Shown: positions 18,065 to 28,572, numbered from the stretch's first letter. The stretch: DNA of 64,000 bases from a virus (IMGVR_UViG_3300020175_001039:30556-94555); one strand, 5' to 3'. Notes: generated by a model from the letters alone, not told the origin. Translations and numbers: made by a program.

Positions 18065-18603
18065 CGTGGCTCATATTTGTCTGCGCCGCCGACATTTACT
18101 CGACCGCCGCCAGTACTTAATCGCTGTGTTTTACTGGCGCTCTGGCCGCATACATTACAAAATGCTGTGATCTTTTCAATATCATCTGCCAGCGCCAACA
18201 TGCGGGCAGTTGTGTCAAACGGTACACCGCGGCTGTCCTGGTCCAGTCCCGCACATACAAAGTTAACGCCTTCGCGGAGGCCTTCCTCCACAAACCACAG
18301 TGTTTCTTTTGGATCAAAAAACTGAACTTCATCAATAAAAATAGTATGAAAGTTATAAGGCTTGATTGTATAATTGTCTTTTACAAGTTCTAAATCAATC
18401 ACGGAAACTGCCTCATGTTTTAGTTGGTTATGTGTTACGATACTGTTGGGATCATATCTATCATCAATTACTGGCTTTAGTACTAAGACTTTGTTGCCGC
18501 CGTGTTCAAGAAAAAGTAGACGCTTTAACAGCGCACTACTCTTTCCTGCAAACATTGGACCAGCTATAACTTCTAACTGTCCTCTTTTGTATGTTGAACT
18601 CAT
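18037..18603 (-). CDS. tdk: Thymidine kinase
   Basis: GPMFAGKS, IDEVQF, AGLDQD, CNVCG, YEPRC. Confidence 0.95.
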   Translation of the reverse strand: MSSTYKRGQLEVIAGPMFAGKSSALLKRLLFLEHGGNKVLVLKPVIDDRYDPNSIVTHNQLKHEAVSVIDLELVKDNYTIKPYNFHTIFIDEVQFFDPKETLWFVEEGLREGVNFVCAGLDQDSRGVPFDTTARMLALADDIEKITAFCNVCGQSASKTQRLSTGGGRVNVGGADKYEPRCHAHWEGK

Positions 18604-21257
18604 TAAAATTGTACCTTAAAGTTTACACCAATCGACCCTGATGTATTTCCTGAAATGCTACCTGCATTGTCTGTGAAGCTAGCATATGTACCAACACCTG
18701 CATTGTCGTTAAATGCATAATCGTAACCAAATCCAACAGTAAGCTCACGTGATGCATTTTCAAGGCTGGATGACATGTTCATAGTCTCAATGTCTCCGGT
18801 TGCGCTAACGCCGCTAGCAACTTCAAAATTTCCGTTACCATTTGCAATTGCTACTGGAAGAGCTGCACTAAGACTAAACATTCCTTTGCCTACCATTTGG
18901 CGGACACCAACAGTTGCACTATTGCTAACCAAAGTGTCTGCTGACTTCATCATTGCACTACTATTTACATCCAGTGTTGTTAAACCAATTGTTGCGTTGC
19001 CATAAAAGGTAGTGTTACCTTGTGAAAATTCTGCTTCGTAACCAGCATATACTGTTGTGGCACCATCAACATCAATCATCATGTTATCAGCAACGTTGCC
19101 TAGAAATGTTTCATTTTCACTCATTACTCCTACTTGAACACCGTCAAAATTTACTTCAACGCCATTTGCCATTTCACCAAAACTAACATTTACATTTTCC
19201 ATCGGCACAGTAACATTTGTCATTGCGCTATAGCTTGTCAACGACGCGGCGCCTGCGTTCATGTTGTTGCCGTCAATATAGAAGTCACGATCATAATCAT
19301 CAACCACCATCATATTGCCCAGTGCGCTGATACTGGCACCTGCAATGTTCATAGTACCAACACTAGCAACACTTGTTGATGACCCATCAATACGTCCAGT
19401 TGTTGGAATTCCAATTACGCCCTGTGGGCTAGTTGCTTCAGCCAAATCCAACAATCCCTGACCATGTACATTTTCATTGTAATTAAAAATTTCGTCAGTG
19501 CTTGCTGTATCCAACAATAGGTTAGTCAAGTTAGCACCTGTCATATGCGGCCACATCTGGTGTATTACTGCCACTGCACCTGATACTGTGGGAGCTGCCA
19601 TTGAGGTACCGCTGAGAGTACGATACTCTCCGTTGTTATCTGCACTCATCACATACTGTCCTGGCGCCATAATATAACGATCACTAATACGCTTATCATT
19701 ATTACAAGTAGATGTAGCTTCATTAAAATCGTAGCACACGGTGCCTGCTGCATTTGAACTGGATGCCAGAGCGTTTGAGCGTAGGTCATAGTTACCAACC
19801 ACCAACACACGTTCGCCAACTTCATCATCCAATGCAATCTTTGTAGGCTGTCCTGCGAAATCCAAACCTTGGTTGCCTGCAGATAGTACCATTACCAACT
19901 CATTGCCTTTCATCGCAGTTACAGTATCACCATAGTACGCCGGGCTTGAATACATGTTAGCATATCCATTATTGTCATATGAAACACCATTACGTCCACG
20001 AGTATCGTTGGAACGGAAGACGCCGTCGGCAATTTCTGTCATGCTGTTCTTGTAAGTGGCGTCTACATTGTAGTTTGCACTGATGTTAACAACATCCGCA
20101 CCGTTGTCTACTGCCCATTCAATAGCCTCGTCAACTACAGTAAAGTCAAAGAACCCACTGTTGTATGCTGTCTTAGCAATCAGCAGGTCTGCATCATAAG
20201 CGACACCAGTTGATCCATTACCGTCTAAATTACCAGCTGCAATACCTGCAACGTGTGTACCATGTGAGTTACGATTTTCGTCTTGCACAGTTGCATAACC
20301 AGCTGAACATTCACGTGTAAAGCATTTTGTGCCGGCAATGCTGTCCTCAAACTCAACATGATCTAGGTCGATACCAGAGTCTAAAATAGCAATAGTAGAG
20401 CCTTTGCCTGTCCAACCACGTGCCCATGCTTCTGGAGCGCCAATTGCTGGCAAGTTACCAGCATATGGTTGCATAGCAGTATTAATATAGTCAGGATTAA
20501 TTCTGGCATTCATATTAAGAACTGCTGATTGATATGCTTCACTTGCAGAATAGTCGACATCATCACGTGCCATATATTCTTCAACAGTTAGAACTTGTGA
20601 TACTGTGTTATTTACTGGAGTATCTTCTACTACCACCGCAGTCTGACGAATCAGTTCACGTGTTACTTTTGTTTCTGTTTCATCCACTGTGTCATTTGAC
20701 GTAACTTTAACTTGGTTGCTTGTTTGGCGATCGCCATCACTGTATACCTTGACTGTTGTAGTCACAGTGTAAAGTATTGTGTTTACTGGAGTTGTTAATA
20801 CTTTTGTGTTTACTGCATATTCATTAATGAACTCAGCAGTTGTTTCAATCTCAACAGTATCTACATCACTAGTTACCGCCGTGGGGCGGCGGCGCACTAT
20901 TGAACGATCTTCAGTAGTAACAATGGTATCAATTAATGTAGTTTTTGGAGCTGCGTTTGCGTCCAGTAAGCTCTTGAATTTTGCAATTTCAGATACTTGG
21001 AACGTATACCGACGTTTCATATTATCATACCAACTATGCCCAGCAAACTGAGAATATTTGTTAATGAAATTTGAATATGCTTTGTTGCTGCGCTCAAGAT
21101 TGCGGATCATACTATTAGCAAAATTAATCTGCTGTGCTGGTTTCCACTTTTGTGCCATATTGTAATAGCTTTTAAATTCTGAAGCAGTTGCAGTAAGCGG
21201 GATGGCACTCAGGGCTAACGCACTAACTGTAGCAATAAGAGTTTTTTTGATATCCAT
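18603..21257 (-). CDS. Secreted subtilisin-like (S8) protease with a probable C-terminal outer-membrane beta-barrel
   Basis: Signal peptide; triad ILDSGI / HGTHVAG / GTSMAAP; amphipathic beta C-terminus ending GVNFKVQF. Confidence 0.9.
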   Translation of the reverse strand: MDIKKTLIATVSALALSAIPLTATASEFKSYYNMAQKWKPAQQINFANSMIRNLERSNKAYSNFINKYSQFAGHSWYDNMKRRYTFQVSEIAKFKSLLDANAAPKTTLIDTIVTTEDRSIVRRRPTAVTSDVDTVEIETTAEFINEYAVNTKVLTTPVNTILYTVTTTVKVYSDGDRQTSNQVKVTSNDTVDETETKVTRELIRQTAVVVEDTPVNNTVSQVLTVEEYMARDDVDYSASEAYQSAVLNMNARINPDYINTAMQPYAGNLPAIGAPEAWARGWTGKGSTIAILDSGIDLDHVEFEDSIAGTKCFTRECSAGYATVQDENRNSHGTHVAGIAAGNLDGNGSTGVAYDADLLIAKTAYNSGFFDFTVVDEAIEWAVDNGADVVNISANYNVDATYKNSMTEIADGVFRSNDTRGRNGVSYDNNGYANMYSSPAYYGDTVTAMKGNELVMVLSAGNQGLDFAGQPTKIALDDEVGERVLVVGNYDLRSNALASSSNAAGTVCYDFNEATSTCNNDKRISDRYIMAPGQYVMSADNNGEYRTLSGTSMAAPTVSGAVAVIHQMWPHMTGANLTNLLLDTASTDEIFNYNENVHGQGLLDLAEATSPQGVIGIPTTGRIDGSSTSVASVGTMNIAGASISALGNMMVVDDYDRDFYIDGNNMNAGAASLTSYSAMTNVTVPMENVNVSFGEMANGVEVNFDGVQVGVMSENETFLGNVADNMMIDVDGATTVYAGYEAEFSQGNTTFYGNATIGLTTLDVNSSAMMKSADTLVSNSATVGVRQMVGKGMFSLSAALPVAIANGNGNFEVASGVSATGDIETMNMSSSLENASRELTVGFGYDYAFNDNAGVGTYASFTDNAGSISGNTSGSIGVNFKVQF

Positions 21258-21288
21258 TATGTTGTCCTCTTTGTTAACTTACTCATAT

Positions 21289-21317
21289 AATATAGCAGTA
21301 AGACATCTTGATGTCAA
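21289..21317 (-). promoter_or_regulatory. Sigma70-type promoter
   Basis: TTGACA, 17 bp, TGcTATATT; spacer resembles that at 3009-3025. Confidence 0.75.
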
Positions 21318-21318
21318 G

Positions 21319-21348
21319 AAAAAAGCGAACAATAAAATCGTTCGCTTT
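21319..21348 (-). terminator. Intrinsic terminator with the same stem as 1950-1974
   Basis: AAAGCGAAC-9 nt loop-GTTCGC-TTTTTT. Confidence 0.75.
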
Positions 21349-21367
21349 CAATGGGTTGTAATTTTTA

Positions 21368-21835
21368 TCACTGTAAATCTAATTGTTCTTGCACAGTTAA
21401 AATAAAATTTCCCATAGCAACCACACATGCTATATTATTTTCTGGCTGTAACAGCACAACTGCATATGAAAATGTTTGTGGGTGTCTTACAATAACAATC
21501 GAGCTAAATGGATCTCCTGGAATATAATCAGGAGTTTTTCGACCACCTGCCCACAATACTAAACCCTGTGCATCCAGCATTTCACGAACGTATGTTGATG
21601 TTCCGCACATCATTGTTCTGGGCACAGCCACGAGTGGAGTTTCATCAGGCGTGGGCTCGGTTGTTTCTGGTACTATAGGATTTAATGGCTGTATTGGCAT
21701 CGTTTGAGAAAATGCGGATGAAGCAGTAAACGTTAAAAGTACCAATAGATAAAGTTTTAAGTTTTTCAAAATATATTCCTTACAGATTTTCATAAAATTC
21801 CCAACCAGATGACTTAGTGCGGGTGTCAATATCAT
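21368..21835 (-). CDS. Exported hypothetical protein (start probably downstream)
   Basis: Signal-like LLVLLTFTASSAFSQ; two Cys in the mature part. Confidence 0.6.
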   Translation of the reverse strand: MILTPALSHLVGNFMKICKEYILKNLKLYLLVLLTFTASSAFSQTMPIQPLNPIVPETTEPTPDETPLVAVPRTMMCGTSTYVREMLDAQGLVLWAGGRKTPDYIPGDPFSSIVIVRHPQTFSYAVVLLQPENNIACVVAMGNFILTVQEQLDLQ

Positions 21836-22349
21836 CGCTATCTATAGCTTGTCCGTCATATTCTATACTATCAATTACCACATCACCATCAATGTTAGTT
21901 GCAGAAAATACCAGTTTGTCCGGATCAAATTTATCTGTTTCAATTTCCGCAGTGAAAAAGTTTCCTTTTTCAGTCTGCCATATTTTAATATAATATCCAG
22001 CTTCCTGCTCTTCTGGATCAATGATTGAAGTACTCTTAATTGCTGGCTCATCACATTCCCATATTTCTTGGTCATCTTCATCCAGTACAATTACTACACA
22101 CTTTTCTGAAAAGGCACCGTAAGAATGTTCAATATCATCATTCTCATACCAATTTCCTAGAAATCGTGGATCAGATTCGTCAGTAACTTCATTGCCTTCT
22201 TCAGCTTCGTATGGATCCCAGAACAAATGGTTAGCTAGTCCACTATCATCTTCATCTTTAATACTCCAGTAATCATAGGCTTGTTTGGTGATTGCGCCAA
22301 GTACCATCTCTGTACCCCAACCATTAATTTGTATAGTATATGTTGCCAT
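21780..22349 (-). CDS. Acidic hypothetical protein
   Basis: 189 aa, D/E-rich. Confidence 0.65.
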   Translation of the reverse strand: MATYTIQINGWGTEMVLGAITKQAYDYWSIKDEDDSGLANHLFWDPYEAEEGNEVTDESDPRFLGNWYENDDIEHSYGAFSEKCVVIVLDEDDQEIWECDEPAIKSTSIIDPEEQEAGYYIKIWQTEKGNFFTAEIETDKFDPDKLVFSATNIDGDVVIDSIEYDGQAIDSDDIDTRTKSSGWEFYENL

Positions 22350-22351
22350 GG

Positions 22352-22699
22352 TTACTTTCCACCCAGCTTGTTCAGAAATCTTTTTTGTTCAACCCTCTTT
22401 TCAAGATCATATTCAACATTGAAATCTTTCTTTATTACCATGTCAGCAATAATTTCACTAAGAGCTTCGATTTGCATTTTTTGTTCTTTAAGGGTTTCAA
22501 GTAATTTAATAGTTTCACAATCTTGATTAATTGTAATTTCTCCATTAAATGTCACGTCGTTTGAAAAAGTATCTGTCAAAGTTATAGTATCGCACTCATG
22601 ACCAGTAACGCTGATTACACTGTGGGTAGCGTCAAAAATTAAATCGTCTATTTCATCTATGTCAATGCTGAGTTTAGAAGTTTCCATAATCTCTCTCAC
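22352..22699 (-). CDS. Hypothetical protein
   Basis: 115 aa, tiles with neighbours. Confidence 0.55.
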   Translation of the reverse strand: MREIMETSKLSIDIDEIDDLIFDATHSVISVTGHECDTITLTDTFSNDVTFNGEITINQDCETIKLLETLKEQKMQIEALSEIIADMVIKKDFNVEYDLEKRVEQKRFLNKLGGK

Positions 22700-23249
22700 C
22701 TTCCCAAGGGAATACTACCCAAACATCACGTTCGCTTTTGTCCAGTTCCATTGCAGTGTAATCGACATCACCAAACGCACTGCCCACATTATCCATTAAT
22801 GTTGCAAATTTAACATTGTTGCCCCACACTGAGTCCCAAGCATTATCCTCGTTAGGGAAACAACTAGATCTCCAATCATCTTTAATCCATTGCATTGTTT
22901 TGCCGCTGTCATTAATATCATCAAAAATTAATATATTTTTACGAAGTTTAATATCCCAACGAGCGCCAGTGATGCCAGTTTTTTCTGTATCGTTATATCC
23001 AAATGCCTCTTCGCTCATCCAGCAATTGCTTTCAGGACCATTTAGTCCCTCATTATCTCGAAAACGTACATCTAATGTGTGCATTGGAATGCCTGTTAGA
23101 TTTGACATAATTACTGAAGGAACCAATCCTCCACGTGTAAGTCCAACAATATAATCTGGTCGCCAATTATCGGCATACATCAAATTGTTAATTGTATGAA
23201 TCATATGTTCTACATCTTTCCAGGTGTAGTGAACTTTATCAATGGCCAT
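22674..23249 (-). CDS. Type I purine phosphoribosyltransferase-like protein
   Basis: IVGLTRGGLVP, PRPP loop ILIFDDINDSGKT, WVVFPWE. Confidence 0.88.
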   Translation of the reverse strand: MAIDKVHYTWKDVEHMIHTINNLMYADNWRPDYIVGLTRGGLVPSVIMSNLTGIPMHTLDVRFRDNEGLNGPESNCWMSEEAFGYNDTEKTGITGARWDIKLRKNILIFDDINDSGKTMQWIKDDWRSSCFPNEDNAWDSVWGNNVKFATLMDNVGSAFGDVDYTAMELDKSERDVWVVFPWEGERDYGNF

Positions 23250-23452
23250 TATGATTTACCTCCTGCCAAATAATTTACACTTTGTCTAATTTCACTTACT
23301 ACTAATGATTTAGGTTCAGTATATGAATGTGTACCCGCAAATTCAGCACGAACATACACATCGTTAGCTTGCAACTTTGCCCAAGTTGCATTAAGGTCTT
23401 TAATTTGTTTCTCAAATTCCTTGACTAGCTTTGTTACTTTTGGATCAATCAT
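23249..23452 (-). CDS. Hypothetical protein
   Basis: 67 aa, coupled between folE and the PRTase. Confidence 0.55.
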   Translation of the reverse strand: MIDPKVTKLVKEFEKQIKDLNATWAKLQANDVYVRAEFAGTHSYTEPKSLVVSEIRQSVNYLAGGKS

Positions 23453-24135
23453 CTCGGTGCAAACTCCTGTTGTAATTTAATATTATCAAAAAACTCTTGC
23501 TTACATGCTGGATCTTTGATAAAAGTACCGTTGAGTACAGTTGTTTGTGTTAATGAACTGTGTGCCATAATGCCACGATTTTCACAACAGCCGTGTGTTG
23601 CTTGAATGTAAACACCCACGTCTTCACTATCAGTTGCTTTTATAATCTCACGCATAATATCATTGCACAGTTCTTCCTGTAGTGTGCCACGTCTTGCACA
23701 CCACTGTGCAATGCGTGTATACTTTGAAAGTCCGATGACTTTCTCACCTGGAATGATACCAATATACGCAACACCGCTCACTGGTTGGTGATGATGACTA
23801 CACATTGATTTAAGCTCGCTACGAACTACCAACATGCCTTTGTATGCAGTACCATTGTCGTTTGGAAATGCAGTTGCAGTGGGTGGGGGCTCATATCGTC
23901 CTGCCATAATCTCATTAAAGTACATCTTGGCCAAGCGGCGAGCTGTGCCTTGTGAGTTAGGATCATTTTCGCGATCAATTAGCAGAGCGTCTAGTACACT
24001 TTCAAATGCTACTGTAGCATCTTCGATAAGTTCTTCCTTATCGCCATTCTGTAATACTTCAGAAATGTTATCGCCTGCCCAATGGCGGATATTTGCATCT
24101 TGCAAACGTTGTTTAATCTGGGAAGTCTTTGTCAT
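23449..24135 (-). CDS. folE: GTP cyclohydrolase I
   Basis: TARRLAKMY, SMCSHH, IGLSK, LQE, HGCCENRG. Confidence 0.95.
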   Translation of the reverse strand: MTKTSQIKQRLQDANIRHWAGDNISEVLQNGDKEELIEDATVAFESVLDALLIDRENDPNSQGTARRLAKMYFNEIMAGRYEPPPTATAFPNDNGTAYKGMLVVRSELKSMCSHHHQPVSGVAYIGIIPGEKVIGLSKYTRIAQWCARRGTLQEELCNDIMREIIKATDSEDVGVYIQATHGCCENRGIMAHSSLTQTTVLNGTFIKDPACKQEFFDNIKLQQEFAPR

Positions 24136-24165
24136 ATACTATGTTCCTTTTATTTTATTACTACT

Positions 24166-24194
24166 ATTATATTATTATTTTCTTAGTTTGTCAA
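24166..24194 (-). promoter_or_regulatory. Sigma70-type promoter upstream of folE
   Basis: TTGACA, 17 bp, TATAAT (perfect consensus). Confidence 0.8.
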
Positions 24195-24747
24195 CCAATA
24201 AGTCTAAGCTAATTGGCTTATAATTGATCTGCTCTACGCTAACTCCAATATATGGACCCTCGGGACTTGGGTTGCTATGCAGATGCCCATGTACGTTTGT
24301 GACAGTCATCCATTGTGATTGATCATATTTGTCTACGGCTCGGTCACCATTTGCATATTTAGGTCTAATTAAACTACCAGCTTCAACAGGAACATGAGTT
24401 AACAACAACTCCAAGTCTTGCATTTGTTTCCACATGCTAATATTAGTAAACCAGCCTCCTGATGCCATTAGCGGAATATCATCATGGTTGCCTACGATTA
24501 GTTCACACGTACCGTTCAATCTATGGAAGTTTTGTTCCATCCATCGCTGTCTATCTTGTTGAACAAAATCACCCAAATGGATAACGTGATCATTAGGACC
24601 AACTACGCTATTCCAACTCTCAATCATAAAATCATCAATATGATCAACACTAGCAAACCCAGGACGGGTTAAGTTACCTTCCCAGTCAGTAAACCCCAAC
24701 ATTTCTGGAAAATTAAAATGGGTATCGCTGATTAGGAAAGTACTCAT
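24175..24747 (-). CDS. Calcineurin-like metallophosphoesterase
   Basis: SDTH, HLGD, GNHD, THVP, HGHLH. Confidence 0.9.
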   Translation of the reverse strand: MSTFLISDTHFNFPEMLGFTDWEGNLTRPGFASVDHIDDFMIESWNSVVGPNDHVIHLGDFVQQDRQRWMEQNFHRLNGTCELIVGNHDDIPLMASGGWFTNISMWKQMQDLELLLTHVPVEAGSLIRPKYANGDRAVDKYDQSQWMTVTNVHGHLHSNPSPEGPYIGVSVEQINYKPISLDLLVDKLRK

Positions 24748-25811
24748 TATAGCCCTAGAAGTTTATCCACCATAACAGTTGCATTCAAGTAACTGTCCAT
24801 TAGGATATTTTGTTGTTTGTTAACCAGTTCCGCATATTCATCATAATTGTCAATACGCTCCTGGATAAATGCTACCAAGTTATCTTTATTACGAACATAT
24901 GAGTCATAATTTTCAGTCCACTCACTTGGGTATTTGAATTCTGGCAAATACATTTCAGCATAGCTACACCGATCCGGCAATACTGGAATTGCACCTGTTA
25001 GTACCGCTTCCATTACGCTGATACCCAAATTCTCGTGCAATGCACAACTAAAGATTACTTTGCTGGTTGCCATTACATCATAATACGCATCTTTATCCAA
25101 GTCCATTTTTTGTGTAATAACCATGTCAAAATCGTTACTGAGATCTTCTGCAATGTCAGGTTGCTTGTCTGCATTATAACGATGTGGCCACATTACCTTG
25201 TTGGTTTTCGTTCCACCCTGACGGTTAAGCAACGGCTCAATAATGAGTTCATGCGGCTGTCCACTGCGTATTGCCTTGCCTTCGTACTTTTCTGGAATGT
25301 CCAAGTTCTTGAGGAACATATTTTTGTGGCTATTGGTTGCAAAGTAATTATAATCACTGCTCATAAACCAACTTTGTTCTTGCAACCAAGGCCAAGGCTT
25401 GCTCATTTTGTATCCTAGGATGTCGCTTGGATCATAAGCGCCTGCATGCCAAATACTGTGGATTTCGACTGGGATATCCAATAAGTCACTCATGTATTTG
25501 ATAGGAGTAATAATAAAGTTCCAAGCGTCAGTAATCAAAAACTTGTCGCCCGCTTTGACTTTGCCGTTACTAAACATCTTGCTTACTGCGGTTGTTTGTG
25601 TTGACTTGTATACGTTAGTAGCACCAAAATCTAGGAACGCACCTTCAGTACGCTGTTCTGGAGCAAAGTCTTCACCATCAATTATTACAATTTGATAATC
25701 TAAACCTTCAACACCAATTCGTGCTGCCAATGTCTTGGGAATGTTATCATACCACTGTTTAGTATAACGTTGATCTATTGGTTCGATTGGAATAATCCAA
25801 ATAGTATTCAT
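24747..25811 (-). CDS. GT-B fold glycosyltransferase (GT4-like)
   Basis: HRYNADKQ, ENLGISVMEA (Ex7E), GAIPVLP. Confidence 0.82.
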   Translation of the reverse strand: MNTIWIIPIEPIDQRYTKQWYDNIPKTLAARIGVEGLDYQIVIIDGEDFAPEQRTEGAFLDFGATNVYKSTQTTAVSKMFSNGKVKAGDKFLITDAWNFIITPIKYMSDLLDIPVEIHSIWHAGAYDPSDILGYKMSKPWPWLQEQSWFMSSDYNYFATNSHKNMFLKNLDIPEKYEGKAIRSGQPHELIIEPLLNRQGGTKTNKVMWPHRYNADKQPDIAEDLSNDFDMVITQKMDLDKDAYYDVMATSKVIFSCALHENLGISVMEAVLTGAIPVLPDRCSYAEMYLPEFKYPSEWTENYDSYVRNKDNLVAFIQERIDNYDEYAELVNKQQNILMDSYLNATVMVDKLLGL

Positions 25812-26023
25812 TTCTTTTCCTTTTTTACTTTGTGTTTGTTTTTGACTGGCGTTGTTACTTTCTTGTCATACCATCCCCAACGTTGTAGTAATGGTTCGAC
25901 AGCATGCTCGACTTGTGATTCATTCCAGTTATAAAGTTTTTTGAGATCTTTAAATAACTTATCTTTATCCGTATAGATACCCATCATGCTGACGATGTTT
26001 TTGTCAATTTCAATCCAGTTCAT
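25808..26023 (-). CDS. Hypothetical protein
   Basis: 71 aa, coupled. Confidence 0.55.
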   Translation of the reverse strand: MNWIEIDKNIVSMMGIYTDKDKLFKDLKKLYNWNESQVEHAVEPLLQRWGWYDKKVTTPVKNKHKVKKEKK

Positions 26024-26838
26024 TATTCGCTAGCATCCACAATCATTTTAATATTGTATTCAAGTTTAGCATTAAATTCTTCGTCTGTCAAGTCATAACG
26101 TAAGCCTTCTGATAACGCTCTGCTAAAGCTCGCACTTACATTGTCATTAAGGCCAAGCCTATTACATGCTTCTGCTGTACTGTATCCGCCACTCAGGAAC
26201 ACAACCTGTTCTACATTAGGAAACACTGTAAGGTTGTGATACAGATTAGGTACTTCCGGCGGTGTTAGTTTGAGAATACATTTGCCTGGATATTCATCTA
26301 AGAACTCTTGCAAGTGATACATAAGAGCGTCTTCAACTTCAGCTTTGATAGGATGGTCAATAGGCACTTCTGGTTCAATAATAGGTACAAGTCCACAATC
26401 CCAAATAGTACGGGCAAGTGTAAACTGTTGTTTGAGTACAGGATGTACCATTCCTGTACCGTGTACAATACTACGCATCTTGGTGCCGTAGATTTTAGGA
26501 CCAATGCCGTTAGTAGCAAACTCTAACATTTGTTTTACTGGAAACTGTTTGAGTGTTCCATCAGCATCACATCCGCTATCAATCTTTAGGAACGTGTCAA
26601 TACCTTTTTCATCCAAGATGTTAACCATGCCACGTGTGACTGTGTCTTGGTAGAGGATTGCTCCCCAGATGTTTGAGTCGTTGAAGTCAGGACTGTTGAC
26701 CATTCTAAGACGCATAGCATGAACTTTCTCCATCTTGTCTGCTTCTGTGTATTCTTGTCCGTAACGTTCTAGTACGCCACCTGTTGAACCACCACTGTGA
26801 TCCATTGCTGCTATAAATCTACTCATGATATAATCCAA
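26023..26838 (-). CDS. Class I fructose-bisphosphate aldolase
   Basis: FIAAMDHSGGST, FLKIDSG, GTKMRS, IIEPEV, LSGGYS, SFSRAL. Confidence 0.92.
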   Translation of the reverse strand: MDYIMSRFIAAMDHSGGSTGGVLERYGQEYTEADKMEKVHAMRLRMVNSPDFNDSNIWGAILYQDTVTRGMVNILDEKGIDTFLKIDSGCDADGTLKQFPVKQMLEFATNGIGPKIYGTKMRSIVHGTGMVHPVLKQQFTLARTIWDCGLVPIIEPEVPIDHPIKAEVEDALMYHLQEFLDEYPGKCILKLTPPEVPNLYHNLTVFPNVEQVVFLSGGYSTAEACNRLGLNDNVSASFSRALSEGLRYDLTDEEFNAKLEYNIKMIVDASE

Positions 26839-27149
26839 TCCATATTCATCCAGTCTGTATCTTCTGGCATCATCTCAACTTTGTCGCCGTGAATACCTTG
26901 TAACTGTGTCCAAATGTGTGCATTGTTCATCCTCAGTGTGTAGGACTCTTTATAACAACGATATCGAGACCCACTAGAACCAGAGAAGTAGTAGAACTCT
27001 TCGTCCTCTTCTACCTTTGTAATGCCACTGTTCATACGCCAACTGTCGCCATCTAAGTAACCACCAGATGTTCCAACAAGAAGACGATAGTGAGGATCAT
27101 CGCCTTTCATCTTGATAACGACCCAGTTATCACATGTGTAATCACTCAT
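26823..27149 (-). CDS. Conserved hypothetical phage protein
   Basis: DNWVV...GGYLDGDSWRMNSGI...GSSGSRYRC; start revised to MSDY. Confidence 0.7.
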   Translation of the reverse strand: MSDYTCDNWVVIKMKGDDPHYRLLVGTSGGYLDGDSWRMNSGITKVEEDEEFYYFSGSSGSRYRCYKESYTLRMNNAHIWTQLQGIHGDKVEMMPEDTDWMNMDWIIS

Positions 27150-27480
27150 AAGTTTCCCCTGTTTCGCGGAAGAAGTTTTCACTCCAAAATGCTTTGTCAT
27201 CAATCCAGATATCGTAGTTTTCTTTTTCACCTACGCTTAGTTCGTGATGCTTTGCACCCCACTTCATCAGCTGTGCATATGTAAGCTCGTAATAGTCCAC
27301 GCCACTAACGCACCCACGTGCAGTCATATATTTGATTGTATGTCCTGCATCGTATAGTGCATTTACTTTTGCAATGCGTTCTGGCATTGGGATATGATTA
27401 GCGTAGTCTTTTTTACCACCACTGTCAGGAATGATAACTTCTCGACAGATAGTCCCGTCAATATCAATAACATACTTCAT
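27142..27480 (-). CDS. HAD-family phosphatase (capsule-biosynthesis type)
   Basis: DIDGTI, TAR, IDDK. Confidence 0.8.
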   Translation of the reverse strand: MKYVIDIDGTICREVIIPDSGGKKDYANHIPMPERIAKVNALYDAGHTIKYMTARGCVSGVDYYELTYAQLMKWGAKHHELSVGEKENYDIWIDDKAFWSENFFRETGETYE

Positions 27481-28241
27481 TAATCTCTTCTTTCAATATC
27501 TTCTTCACTGAGTTCAGATCCCATCCAAACCTCAATTACTTTTGCAGTAACTTCTCCTACATTGTGTGCTTTGTGCCAAGTTAATACTGGAATATCAATG
27601 CTGTCACCAGGACCATATGTTTTGCTTTCACGATCGCCGTTGGCAAATTCCAAGTCCATGCGAATTTTGCCTTCAATCACATGCCAGTGTTCACTGCGAA
27701 TAAAATGCCGTTGATCACTAAGTGGAGTTTCAGTACCAAAAGCAAGTTCTTTAACAGCCCAACCTGGACCATTGTGTAATACAGTGTAACTACCCCAGGC
27801 ACGTTGGGTTGTGGGTTGACTCCACTCCTTGAGTATCCAACTACTGCTATTGCGCTTATCATCACCGCCGACGCCAAACTCAAATGATAGGCGCGGATCA
27901 GTTACTGTCATTTCTGGAATATTATCTTTGCCGCGATCGCCGCCGTTTGCAAAAATAATTTCACTAGATTTACAGTTATTGAGAACTTTAGTTAGTGCAT
28001 CGCAAGCTGTATCGTCAGTATCATCAAATTTGATAACTTGATCAACAACTGCTAATTCACCGATAATACCAGCACGTTCAGTAAATGGCATGAAGGGCCG
28101 ACCCTTTTTTCGAGTCAGCCAATCATCACTATTCAAGGCAACAACCAAGACATCTCCCAATGCCTTGGCTGCTTTAAACATGCTAATGTGTCCGCTGTGA
28201 ACGGGATCAAAACCACCGCTTACTACAACCACACGATTCAT
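27480..28241 (-). CDS. Cytidylyl/adenylyltransferase fused to a mannose-6-P isomerase-type cupin
   Basis: GGFDPVHSGH, NGGDR, SSS; C-terminal RAWGSY, QRHFIRSEHW. Confidence 0.88.
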   Translation of the reverse strand: MNRVVVVSGGFDPVHSGHISMFKAAKALGDVLVVALNSDDWLTRKKGRPFMPFTERAGIIGELAVVDQVIKFDDTDDTACDALTKVLNNCKSSEIIFANGGDRGKDNIPEMTVTDPRLSFEFGVGGDDKRNSSSWILKEWSQPTTQRAWGSYTVLHNGPGWAVKELAFGTETPLSDQRHFIRSEHWHVIEGKIRMDLEFANGDRESKTYGPGDSIDIPVLTWHKAHNVGEVTAKVIEVWMGSELSEEDIERRD

Positions 28242-28242
28242 A

Positions 28243-28572
28243 TCAATCTGCCTTTACGTTGTCACGAAAATGGACAAGACGACCAACATGGATCTTTAGT
28301 TTTTTGGGGCTACGATCCTTGTGTAGCCTTAGCGTTAAATCAAAGGTCACTGCGTTATTTTTTTCAACAGTGATGATTTCAAATTCACGCAATTTCCAGC
28401 TTGAACTCAAGTCGCCTAGGTAGGCATGAAACAAGCTAGTAACCTTTGCTGTGTCTTTGTGGTTATAAATCAAACCATCATATGGTTGGATAATTTTAAG
28501 AAGATCGTATTTGATCTCCGGCAAAGTATAGTAGCCACCAATACGATATTGATTTGGTTTAGTGTTGGACAT
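28243..28572 (-). CDS. Hypothetical protein
   Basis: 109 aa with AAGGA RBS. Confidence 0.6.
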   Translation of the reverse strand: MSNTKPNQYRIGGYYTLPEIKYDLLKIIQPYDGLIYNHKDTAKVTSLFHAYLGDLSSSWKLREFEIITVEKNNAVTFDLTLRLHKDRSPKKLKIHVGRLVHFRDNVKAD

